NCBI GenBank assembly: GCA_000004695.1
Contig: CM000155.2
Coordinates: 2,208,001-2,272,000, forward strand
Direction of reading: 5' to 3'
DNA from: Dictyostelium discoideum
Taxonomy: Eukaryota
Length of the DNA stretch: 64,000 nucleotides
The translations under genes were made by a program, and so were the position numbers. Below the pieces are notes generated by a model. It was given only the letters and a program-made list of their open reading frames with translations, was not told the DNA's origin and did no database searches. Of the stretch, positions 25,950 through 39,665 are shown in pieces (the first letter of the stretch is position 1; each line of letters begins with the position of its first letter).

Positions 25950-27576
25950 ATGTCAGTAAAAAGTAATTCAGGTGTTAGTGTTTCAGGTAGAAGTGCAATT
26001 TCATCATCTTCAACAACAAAAGTTTTAATAAATAATGGTAAAAGAGGCAGTGATTCAAGTAGTGTTGAATCATATGGTTCAGAGAGTGATAATGATTTAT
26101 TAAGAAAGAATTTAAGATTAGAAGAGTCTATACTCTATTGTGAAAAATGTGATTTTAAAAATGGTGGTTCCTTTAAATCAAATTATAATATGTTTGGTAT
26201 TACCCAAACAGCAGTTGTATTTTTCGGTTCATTCTCTGTAAAGAAAAAAAGAAAAATAGTACCATTTAAAAATATTTCAAATGTCGAATGGTTACAAGAC
26301 GATAGTGTTAGAATTGAATTACCAATTGAAAAAGGTAAATTTAAATATTATCATATAAATTTTAAAAAATCTCATAAAGGTTCTCCATTTAGATTAATTG
26401 AATCAAGATGGAAATCTGCAAATATTGATGTAAGTTTTTATAATTAAATAATAATAAATAATAAATAATAAATAAAAAATAAAAAATAAATTATAAATTT
26501 CTAAAAGTTTATTTTTTTTTTATATTTTATTTTTTTATTTTTTTATTTTATTTAATTAGCCATCTAGAAAATTGTCAACTGGTGAAGAATTGTACAGAAA
26601 TCCATCAACATCAAATTTATTAAGACATTTTCAAACTATACCAAGGGATGAAAGATTAGAATTATCATATAGATGTAGAATAAAGGGAGTTGATCAAAAT
26701 TATGGTGTAATGTTTGTAACACAAACTCGTATATTATTCCTTTCAATTGATACTATATTCAAAAGTGAAGAGATCAAATTTGAAAGAATTTTATCAATTG
26801 ATGAACCATTACCAACAAAAGGAAAATTAAAGAAATCAATTTTAATCACTATTGGAAAAGGTTTAGTTTACTGTTTCTCTTCATTTGAATCTAAAGAGGA
26901 GTCATATGACCAAATTAAATACTCTTGGGAAACTTTTAAAAAAATTGAACAAAATGATCAATTACAAAATAAACCAACTCATAGTAGTTATAATAGTAAT
27001 CATTTACAAGAATTACAATTTAAAAAACAACAACAACAATTATTATTAGAACAACAAAAACAACAACAACATCAACATCTTATTCCAAATCCTTTATCAG
27101 GTTCACAAGGTATTCCACCACCAAATATTCAATTATCCACAGATTCAAATCCATTAGGTTATTCACAAAGTTTACAAAATAAATCAATTACATATACAAC
27201 AACATCAACAAATCAACAACCAAGCACCTCTTCATCAGCATCCTCAACATATGGTAGTAATGGTTCATTAGATAGTAATAATAATAATGAATATGAATTA
27301 TTACAAATTCAATCTCAACAATCAGATCAACAACCATCCTCTGCTTCCCCACATAAATTAAATGTCAATGATGAAATTGTTTTAAATGGTTTTAGTAGTG
27401 TTTGTTTGCCAGTTGGAGGTGGAGGAGCAGGAGCATCTCAAAATCTTTATAGAAAAGTTAATGGAAATGAATCCTATAGTGATAGAGCAAACAAAATTTT
27501 CAACAAAGAACCAGAAGGTATAATCAAACAAAAAATTATGAAAATTAAAAATCGTGGTTGTTGTTTTTTCTTTTGA
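25950..27576 (+). CDS. tandem PH/GRAM-like domain protein, paralog A; join(25950..26429,26560..27576); C-terminus …RGCCFFF
   Basis: Exon 1 ends …RWKSANID before a GTAAGT donor. Exon 2 follows TTTAATTAG| and begins PSRKLSTGEELYRNPSTSNLLRHFQTIPRDERLELSYRCRIKGVDQNYGVMFVTQTRILFLSIDTIFKSEEIKFERIL… (GRAM-like). Then comes a Q/S-rich linker, a polybasic stretch and a terminal CCFFF. Exon boundaries are phase 0. Total 499 aa. Confidence 0.7.
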
Positions 27577-27796
27577 TTCAAATCAATTAAATTTAATTTT
27601 ATTAATTATTATTTAATTATTATTATTATTGTTAAATTAAAATTATTTAAAAAAAAAAAAAAAAAAAAAAATAATAAGAAATTCTTAATAACAACAACAA
27701 CAATAATAATAATAATTGAATAATAATATTTTAAAAAATATATATATTTATAAAAAAAAAAAAAAAAAAAAAATACAATATTATGTAATTAATTAT

Positions 27797-27839
<43 letters not shown>

Positions 27840-28385
27840 TTTAAAGAATAAAGATTGTTTAGAAAAAAAAAAATTGGGTTTTCATCATTTAAAAATTTTT
27901 TATTTTAGTTTATGCTTCACCTCTTGTTAAGATACATTCAAATAATAATTTAAGGGAAATCTAGATTTCCTGAAAATTAACCCAGACATAACATCGCGAA
28001 TATATTCGAAAAAAAAAAAAAAAAAAAAACGCATGATGGCAATATTATTCATTGAAAATTATTAAACGAATTTTAATTTATTTTTTTTTTTTTTTATTTT
28101 TTATTTTTTTTTTTTAAATTAAAAGTATTTTTTTTTTTTTTTTTTTTTATTATTTTTAAACTAAAAATTACTTTCATACACATAATAATTATATTTCAAT
28201 TTTTAATAATTTTTTTTTTTTTTTTTTTCTGAACCAAAGCTGGATTTTTAATATAATAATATTTAAATAAAAATAAATAAATAAATAAATTAATAAACAA
28301 ACAAATAAATAAATATAAATAAATAAATATTTAAATATAAATAAATAAATAAATAAATAATTAAATAAATAAAATAAATAAAAAA

Positions 28386-29563
28386 ATGGGAAGAAGTAGA
28401 AGAGGTAGTGTATCATCAAGTGCTAGTGAAAGTGCAAGTAGTTCAAGATCTGATATGTCAAGTTCAGAATCTGATAATGACCAATTAAAAAGACGTATGA
28501 AAATTGATGAACCAATTATATATTGTGAAGAGTGTAAATTAAAGACAGGATCAAAGTTTAATTTACGTTATAATACATTTGGTATCACTAATAATTCAAT
28601 AGTATTTTATGGATCATTCTCTGTTAAAAAGAAGAGAAAGATTATACCATTGAAATCAATTAAAGAGGTTGAATGGTGTGAAGATGATAGTGTAAAATTA
28701 ATCGTTCCAAGAGAACATAAAGATAAACCAAAAACATATCATATTCATTTTAAAAAATCTCATAAAGGTTCACCTTTTAGATTAATCGAATCAAGATTAA
28801 ATGCTTCTAAATTTGATGTATGTAAAATTATTATTATTATTCTTTTTATTATTTTTATTTTTCTCTTTTAATTAATTTTTTATTTTTATTTATTTATTTA
28901 TTTAATTAGCCATCAAATAGATTAACATCAGGTGAAGAATTATATAAAAATCCATCAACAGCAAATTTATTAAAACATTTCCAAAAATTACCTAGAGATG
29001 AAAGATTAGAACATTCATATAGATGCCGTATCAAAGGTCAATTGGAACAAAACTATGGCGTTATGTTTATAACTCAAACTCGTATATTATTTTTATCAAT
29101 AGATACAACATTTAAAAGTGAAGAAATTAAATTAGAAAACGTTTTAGATATTAGTGAATCATTACCAAAGAAAGGTAAATTAAAGAAATCAATTCTAATT
29201 GATATGGGAAAAAATCAAATCTATTGTTTCTCTTCCTTTGATAATAAAGAAGAGACTTTAGAAAATTTAAAAAGATCTTTAGATTCATTTAAAAAACAAC
29301 AAGTTTTACAGCAACAACAACAAAGAGTTCAAAGATCAACTTCACCATCTTCACCTTCTTCAACTACAACAACTACTACTACACCAAATCAAACAACACC
29401 AACTCAAACTCCAACTACTCCAAAGGTTACATATTTGAATGAAACACCTTTACCACATGGCTCAAAAACTGCCACATGGACGAGCGTTGGTTCTCCTCAA
29501 CCAGTAACATCCTCTCCTTTAACTCCATTACCTAATACTACTAATAATAACAATAACAATAAC

Positions 29564-29605
<42 letters not shown>

Positions 29606-29803
29606 TTACAAACAAAACCAACTACTACAACAACCACTAGACCACCATCTACACCATTATTACCAGAAAAAAAAGCTGAAAACTATGGGGATAGAGCAAA
29701 TAAACTCTTTCCAAAAGAAACTCCAACTGAATTAAAACAAAATGAAGAGATTAAAAATAAAACTACAGTTGATAAATCAAGAAGGTGTTGTTCACTTTGG
29801 TAA
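28386..29803 (+). CDS. tandem PH/GRAM-like domain protein, paralog B; join(28386..28817,28910..29803); C-terminus …RRCCSLW
   Basis: Same architecture and same intron position as paralog A. Exon 1 ends …NASKFD before a GTATGT donor. Exon 2 follows TTTAATTAG| and begins PSNRLTSGEELYKNPSTANLLKHFQKLPRDERLEHSYRCRIKGQLEQNYGVMFITQTRILFLSIDTTFKSEEIKLENVL… The two proteins are about 60% identical over the structured regions. Total 442 aa. Confidence 0.7.
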
Positions 29804-30006
29804 TAGAATTTTAACATATATATTTATTTTAGCAATCGTCTCAATTAATACTATAAAAACAAATAAAGTTTTAATATATAAAAATGGTATTAAAAAAATT
29901 AAAAAAATTAAAAAAAAAAAAGTTTATTCTCTAAATAAAATTTTAAAATATATACAAATAGTTTTATTAAAGTACAAAGGTTTTCTTTTCTTTTTTTTTT
30001 CTTTTC

Positions 30007-31863
<1,857 letters not shown>

Positions 31864-31917
31864 TATTTATTTATATATTTTATAATTTCTATTTTTTTAT
31901 TTTATTTCTTACTATTT

Positions 31918-31952
<35 letters not shown>

Positions 31953-32120
31953 AAAATATTGCTATGAATCTGTTTATCTTTAAATTTATAACAGAGGATT
32001 TTGAAAAAATGTGAAAAAAAATAAAAAAAAAAATAAAAATAAAAATAAAAAAACAAAAATAAAAAGAGTAAAAACAAAAAAAAAAAAATGAAATTTTATG
32101 GGTTAAAATCTTCATTAAAG

Positions 32121-32169
<49 letters not shown>

Positions 32170-32228
32170 CTTTATAAAATATTTATTTTTAACTATTTAA
32201 TTTAATTTAATTTTTTTAATTTTTTTTT

Positions 32229-34400
32229 TTATTGTAAATATAAACCTAATTGTTGATTACCAACCATAATGATGAATTGACCAGATTCTAAAGTAATTTT
32301 ATTATCGACACCAATAAAGGAGAATTCATAGGCATTGAGGGTAAAAGAGATTTGTTGAGATTTAGCTGGCATAAGATCAACTTTTTGGAAACCTCTTAAC
32401 ATTTTAACTTCTGGAGTAACTTGAGCCCAAAGATCAGAGAGATATAAGAGAACAGAGTCTTTACCTTGAACGTTACCATTGTTTGTGACAGTGACAGTGA
32501 AAGTATAGGATTGACCTAAAACACCAGTGTAGTTACCAGATTGACCAGAGATTGGTTTACAATTGCTACAGGCGAGATTGGTATAGTTAAAAGTGGTATA
32601 AGAAAGACCATCACCAAATTGGAAGAGTGGAGTGGTGACACCATTTTCACTGTATTTGTGGTAATATGGAACACCGATATCACCAGTAGTACCTGGATAA
32701 GTTAAAGGAAGACGACCAGATGGATTTACATTACCCATGAGAATGTTGGCGATTGGTTTACCACCTTCACTACCTGGGAGATAAGCCATTAAAACTGCAG
32801 CACAACTGTAGACGAGATCTGGTGGTAAAATTCTTGGACGAGCTTCAACCAAAATTAAAACTACTGGTTTACCAGTGTCAACCAATTGTTGTAATAAGAG
32901 TACTTCATTTGGATCCATAGAGAGATCATAAATATCACCTGGAGTTTCAGCTTCTGGAAGTTCACCAATTACAACGACAACAACATCTGATGATTGAGCC
33001 AATTCAACGGCTTCATCGATTGAGGTTTGATTGGTTGGTACACCAATTTCATGACCAATGGTATATTGAATGTTAAAATCGGCGGTATCATTTGTAATTT
33101 CACGAAGACCAGTAAGAATTGAAGTACCGAATGGGAATTCAGAATCTTCATAAGCACCTTGCCAATGAACTGACCAACCACCATTTAAATTTCTAATACT
33201 GTCAGCGGATGGACCAGTTAAAAGTACATTCTTTATGGTATTGGTATTGAGTGGAAGAATATTATTCTTGTTTTGTAAGAGAGTGATTGATTCTTCAGCA
33301 GTGGCAGCGGCAGCTTCTCTATCTTGAACTTGACCAATGGTGTCAACGATGGCAGCATTTGGATTTGGGTATGGATTAGAGAAAAGACCGAGAGCATATT
33401 TAAGATTTAAGATTCTTCTAACTGAAAGATCAAGACGTGATTCTGGAACGGTACCAGCAGCAACCATTTCAGCGAGAATAATTGGGAAAGAAAGATCCAA
33501 TGGAACCATAGACATATCGATACCAGCATCTAAAGCTTGCAAGATGGCCTCTTCGGCACTACCAGCGGTATGATGGAAGTAAACGAGTTTTTCAATATCT
33601 TGCCAATCAGTTACTGCAACACCTTCAAATTGTAATTCACCTCTGAGTACTTCAGTTAGATATTTGTAGCTGGTGTGCATTGGTACACCATTTACTTCAC
33701 CAGAGTTAATCATAATTGTACCTGCACCAGCACCAGTGATAGCTTCAGCGAAACTTGGTAAGAAGTAACGTCTTAACATTCTCTCTGGAATCCATGCGGC
33801 AGTTCTATCCTTACCAGAGGTTGGGTCGGAATAACCAAAATAATGTTTAGCAGTACAAACTGCAGATGGGGCATTGATTGGACCATCGAATGAATTGTTA
33901 CCACCTTGGAAACCACGAACGGCAGCAGCACCCATCATTGATGCAACGTATGGATCTTCACCAAAAGTTTCATAGATACGAGACCATAATGGTTGAACAC
34001 CAATACCTAAAACTGGTGCAAACACCCAAGGGATACCAACGGCAACAGTATCTTTTGAAGTAATTTGTGCAGCAGTAGTAGCATGTTCAATATTGAAAGT
34101 AGCGGCTAAACCAGTATTATGTGGGAATAAAGTTGCTTTGTGAACATAATTTGCACCATGTACTGAATCTAAACCATAAATCATTGGAATCTTATTTGGA
34201 CTACCTTCGATAACAATGGTTTGAATAGTATTAATCATATCTAACCAAACACTACTATTAATATGATGAATATCACCTGCTAAACCACCTGATACTGGTG
34301 AATTTAAATATGATCCAATATAATAAGTTTTAGCATAATATGCTAATGTTGTTTCATTAATTGTAATTGTATTTGGTGATGTTAATGTTGTAATATCCAA

Positions 34401-34466
<66 letters not shown>

Positions 34467-34819
34467 TATTAATATTGGTAAAATGGATAAATGAAAATAA
34501 AGATAATAATAAAAATAAAACTTACTTGAGTCATTTGACCAATTTTTTCAGTGATTGACATTTTTGACATTAAATTATCAACAAAAGTATCTCTGGCAGA
34601 CATGAAATTAATATTTTCTTGATTTAATTGTTTCTTTGGATAAATTTGACTATACTCTAATTTGAGTTCTCTTTTATTTCCAAAAGTACGTGGTTTTTCA
34701 ATGACTTCAGCTTCTTCACCTCCAACAATGCTTACTCTAATTGAACTTCCATATGTTGAACTTATTAATAAATTCACTATCAACAATGACAGTAAAAATA
34801 AACTTTTAATAGTTTTCAT
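32229..34819 (-). CDS. glycoside hydrolase family 3 beta-glucosidase, secreted; join(complement(34526..34819),complement(32229..34400))
   Basis: Exon 1 encodes the signal peptide MKTIKSLFLLSLLIVNLLISSTYG … then LMSKMSITEKIGQMTQ, the GH3 N-terminal motif. It ends at a CAA|GTAAGT donor. Exon 2 follows (T)n AAAAAG| and continues LDITTL…IPMIYGLDSVHGANYVHKATLFPHNTGLAATFN … CTAKHYFGYSDP … GVAVTDWQDIE, which contains the catalytic nucleophile D in TDW. About 821 aa in total. Confidence 0.85.
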
Positions 34820-35366
34820 CTTTTTATATATATATATAAAATTGAATTTAATTAAATATTCTTTATATATATATATGTATATGTATATTCCAATATTTAA
34901 AAATGATTAAAAAAAAAAAAAAAAAAAAAAAAATTTAAAAAAAAATATATTTATTTATGTATTTGTATAGTATTTTTTAATATTATTATTATTGTTTTTG
35001 TTATGATATTGAAAAAAAAAAAAAAAGTTAGTTCAATATTTATATAAAATGAGAAATTGGTTTTTTTATTTTTAAAAAAAAAAAAAAAAATAAATAAAAA
35101 AAATAAATTGATAATAATAAAAAATTAAACAAAATAACAATAAAAATATAATTTAATAAAATAACCAACATACTAATAATAAGCGAATATTATTGATTAA
35201 TGGTGCAGTGTTAACCTCTTTACGATTCTTTTTCTTTTATGTTTGAAAACAAAATTAAAAATAAATAAAATAATAAAAAATAAAAAACAAAAACAAAATA
35301 AAATTAAAATAAAAAATAAAAATATTAGAAAGAATAATTGTTAATAACCCTTCATAATATTATTAT

Positions 35367-35409
<43 letters not shown>

Positions 35410-36298
35410 CTTCTTTCTAATATTTTTTTTTATTGTAATTAGAATACATGTGCTTAAAAATAAAGTAAATTTATAAAAAAAAAAAAAAAAAAAAGAAAAT
35501 CTATAAATGGGTAATTTCATTATACTGTGGGTGGTTTGGTTTGTGTGGGCGAGTGGTGATTTTGTAATTGAAAATCCATATTTTTTTTAATATTAATTAT
35601 TTTTTAAATATTTTATTTTTTTTGTTTTTTTTTTTATATTTTATTTTATTCTGTTTTCCTTTTTATTTAAAATTTTTAAAAGAAATAAAACGACAACAAT
35701 AAAAACAATAATAAATCCAATTTTGGTAAATTGTTTCGAAAGTACTAATATAAATTGTCATTTTTTTAATTTTTTGTGTTTTTTTTTTATTTTTTTTTTT
35801 TGATTGTTTCAATTAAATGGGTGGTATGATTATAAATTATAAATTTTGTATAAAGATATTTCTTTACTATTTTCAAAAAATTACCTTTTTTATCTAAATT
35901 TTTTTTTTTTCTCTAAAAAAAATTAAAATTACAATACAAATAAATAAAAAAATTAAAATAAATAAATAAAATAAATAAATAATAAATTGAATTGAGTTTT
36001 GGTTTATAGTTTTTTTTTTATTTAACTAACTTTATTAAATTTTATTTTTATATTAAAAATTTTATTGAAAAATTATTATATTAATTTAAAAAATTAAAAA
36101 AAAAAAAAAAAAAAAACTATAAACCTACAAAATATCCATAACTATCAATCAATTTATCAAATCAAAAAAAAAAAAAAAAAAATGAAAAAAAAATAAATAA
36201 ATAAATAAAAAAATAAAAAAAATTAAAATTTACTAAAGAGAGATAGGTGCCGTTATTTTATTTAATTTTATTTATTTTCACATACCATTGAAATGATG

Positions 36299-36330
<32 letters not shown>

Positions 36331-37048
36331 AACTAAAAAAAAAAAATCAAAAAAAAAAAAGAAAAAAATCAAAAAAAAAAAAAAATCAAAAAAAATCTTT
36401 ATTTTTCTAAAGGGCGCACCGACATTGCATTTTGAAACATTCTATGTGACGTTATTTTTTTTTTTTTTTTGTCCAATGTAATCAAATTTCGACCAGAGTT
36501 TTGAAGGGTTAAATTTCATATGAAATTGAATTTTTTAAATTGAAAAAAAAAAAAAAAAAAAAAAAGCAATACAAATAATAATAAATTTAAAATAAATATA
36601 ATATTAATTTCAAATAATTATTGGGGGATCATTGGTTTTAAAATCAATTAAATACTTCTGTTTTTATTCTTATTTTTATTTATTTTTTTTATTTTTTTTA
36701 TACATATATAAATTATTTATTACCCATTATTCTTTTTTTTTTTTTTTTTTGTAGTCCTTGGTTCGAAACTTTGTGTGATTGTGGACAAAATGTTTGGAAT
36801 GACCAACAATTTAATCCAATTTTTCTTTTTTTTTTTTGTAAATCTAAAAAGAAATTTTTTTTATTTTATTTTATTTGGATTTTAATTAAAAAAAACATTT
36901 CATTTTCTCATTACTTATTTTATTTTTTCAAATTTTTTTTTCTTTTATTACTTTTTTTTTTAATTAATTTCTTATTATTTATTATTATTTTATATTTTTT
37001 TAAACATTTTAATTTATTTTTTTTTTTTTAAGGACCATCTGATTTTAG

Positions 37049-37097
<49 letters not shown>

Positions 37098-37111
37098 TTT
37101 AAATAATATTA

Positions 37112-38502
37112 TTATTTCTTTTGTTGTTTTAATTTATCGAGTTCCTTTTTAGCATCTTCTCTTGCATTGCTTGAAACAGAAGTTGTTGGTGGTGATGCTA
37201 ATGAAGATTTCAAATCTTTTCTTGAAGAGGTCTTATCTTTTGAGATTAAACTTGTAAAGAAGTTTGCCAAAGCTGCTCTTTCTGCACTTGGTGAAGCTGC
37301 AACTGGATTGTTTGATGATTTAATATCCTAATATAAATTAAATGAAAAATAAAATACAGTATAAACACAAATTATTAGTTACATGCAACAACATCATTAT
37401 AATATTATTATTATTATTATTATTATTATCATCATCATCATCATCATTATTTTTTAATTATTATTATTAACATACACTAAGTGGTTTATCAGTTGGTTGT
37501 AATGGTGTATTAATTGATGGGGTTGAGGTATTATTGATATTATTATTGCTATTATTATTATTTGAAGATTGTGATAATGGTGATGGAGTAGAAGGAGAAT
37601 TAATTGAGGATTGATCGTCATTATCCAATTGTGATTTAATTTTACCCAAGAAATCTTGATCGTCATCACAAATTATACTATTGGTTTGAGTTTGTTCTCT
37701 TCTTTTAATGATTGATGGTTTCTTTACAATATTTTCATATGGTTCGTCAGTATCTTTACAAACTTTTTGATTCTCAAAATCTACTTGAATCTTTGCTAAT
37801 GTATCCCAACCTGCTGGCACAAATATTTGATCCTTTTCAATCAATTGTGTCTTTGATTTCAATTCAAATCCAAATAAAATATTCTCAATATATTCTAATG
37901 TAACACCACAATTAATTTCTTTTCTTGCTGATGTATAAATTAAACCAGCACCATCTAAATAATAATAATAGTAATAATAGTAATAATAATTAATATATTG
38001 ACTACTACAAACTAAAATAACTAAAAATCTAATAAAAAACATACATTGTAAACAAATTCTTCTTAAATATTGTTGAATATAATCAAATAATTCATCTTTA
38101 TAATCGAAATCTTTTTCAAGCATAACGACTGAATCACTTTTACAACAAGCAACTAAAATTGGTACACCTAAATTATTGATTAAAATATTTTCACTTAATG
38201 GTGGTAATACACTTGCATCCTCTGCTGATGAAATATTAACTTTCTTTTTCTTTTTTTTCTGTACATTATTAGTTTGTATTTTATCTGTTGTTGGTGATGT
38301 TTTATTTGTATTATTCTCTATATTATTTGATGTTGTTGTTGTAGTAGTTGTTGCTGCTGTTGTAGTTGGTTCTTCATATTCATGCCATTTAATTGATAAT
38401 TTATCCTGTAAATTTTTAAAACCATTCTTGTCATCTTTAAAAATTGATTTAATATGTTCTTCTAAAATACCTAACCATTTCTATTAAAAAATAAATAAAA
38501 AA

Positions 38503-38576
<74 letters not shown>

Positions 38577-39070
38577 TAGTTTTGTATGAATAAAGGTATG
38601 GTAATATTATTATTATTATCATTATTGAATTCTTATTTGTTTTTATTTATATATATATAAATATAAAATATTGATGTATGAATTACCTTTAATGATTCAA
38701 CTAAATTCCATGGTTGTGAAAAATCTAAAGTTATAATGACCATACAATTTTTTATATTTTCTTTATTGAGTGAGAATTTTAAGAGATCATTTTGGGATGC
38801 TTCACCTTCTAAAGACCAATAATTGATTCTACCAACTGGATCCTCTGATGTGTCATCCTCGTATATATCTGAAAATGTATAACTTAATGCAATACTCTTT
38901 AATGATTCTACATTTGAAACTGTATCAAATTTTGATAATAATAATGATTTACCAGATGTTGGATCACCTAAAATTGCAACATCTCTTTTTTCGAAATAAT
39001 TGTTTTTATTTGATGATTCTCTTAAAATTTGACCCCAAATATCTTCTTCTTGTTGTTGTTGTTCTACCAT
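37112..39070 (-). CDS. cytoplasmic dynein light intermediate chain (DLIC); join(complement(38687..39070),complement(38045..38480),complement(37476..37954),complement(37112..37327))
   Basis: Blocks colinear with metazoan DLIC1: DIWGQILRES; P-loop DVAILGDPTSGKSLLLSK; YWSLEGE…LLKFSL; MVIITLDFSQPWNLVESLK|KWLGILEEHI; SVLPPLSENILINNLGVPILVACCKSDSV; EKDFDYKDELFDYIQQYLRRICLQ|YGAGLIYTSARKE; IFVPAGWDT; C-terminal …ERAALANFFTSLISK. Three introns with GTAATT, GTATGT and GTATGT donors and AATAG, ATTTAG and ATATTAG acceptors. All phases are consistent. The spliced CDS is 1515 nt and encodes 504 aa. Confidence 0.85.
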
Positions 39071-39665
39071 TTTTTTATTAAACTAAAATTTCGACCTAAA
39101 AAAAAAAAAAAGAAAACAAAACAATTAGTTTGGATCCTTTTTTATATTTTTATTTTTATTTTTAATTTTATTTTATATTAATAAATATACACACTAAATA
39201 AAAATAGGTAGAGCAATATTATGATGTATGTTTGAAAGAAAAAAAAAAAGCGCTGTGAGTTCAACAAAATTAAAAAAAAAAAAAATTAAAAAAAAATTAA
39301 AAATTAAAAAAAAAATTAAAAAAAAAATTTTTTTTAAAAAAAAAAAATATTATTTTTATTTTTTTGGTTAATTCAAATAAAAAAAATCTACAAACTGATT
39401 TATTTTATTTTTTTTTTTTTTTTTTTTTTTCTTTTTTGAGATTTCTCTTTTTAGTAAAAGAATTTTTTTTAATCCCAAATGTTTTTATTTTTTATCCACA
39501 AATATAAAAATAAAAAAAAATTAACAAAAATAAAACCATTTTTTTTTAATTTTTTTTTTTTTTTGAGATTTCTTTTTTTAGCATTATTATTTTTTTTTTA
39601 TTTTTTTTTTTTTTATTAATCAAAAAAAAAAAATTTTATTTTTATTTTAATTTTAGTTTAAGAAA

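Noticed and set aside
33337-34063. Two plus-strand ORFs (78 and 61 aa)
   Set aside because: They are antisense to the well-supported GH3 beta-glucosidase exon and have no conserved motifs.
37454-38487. Minus-strand 71-aa ORF and plus-strand 103-aa ORF
   Set aside because: They are alternative frames of DLIC exons and intron. The DLIC frame is supported by colinearity with metazoan DLIC across four exons.
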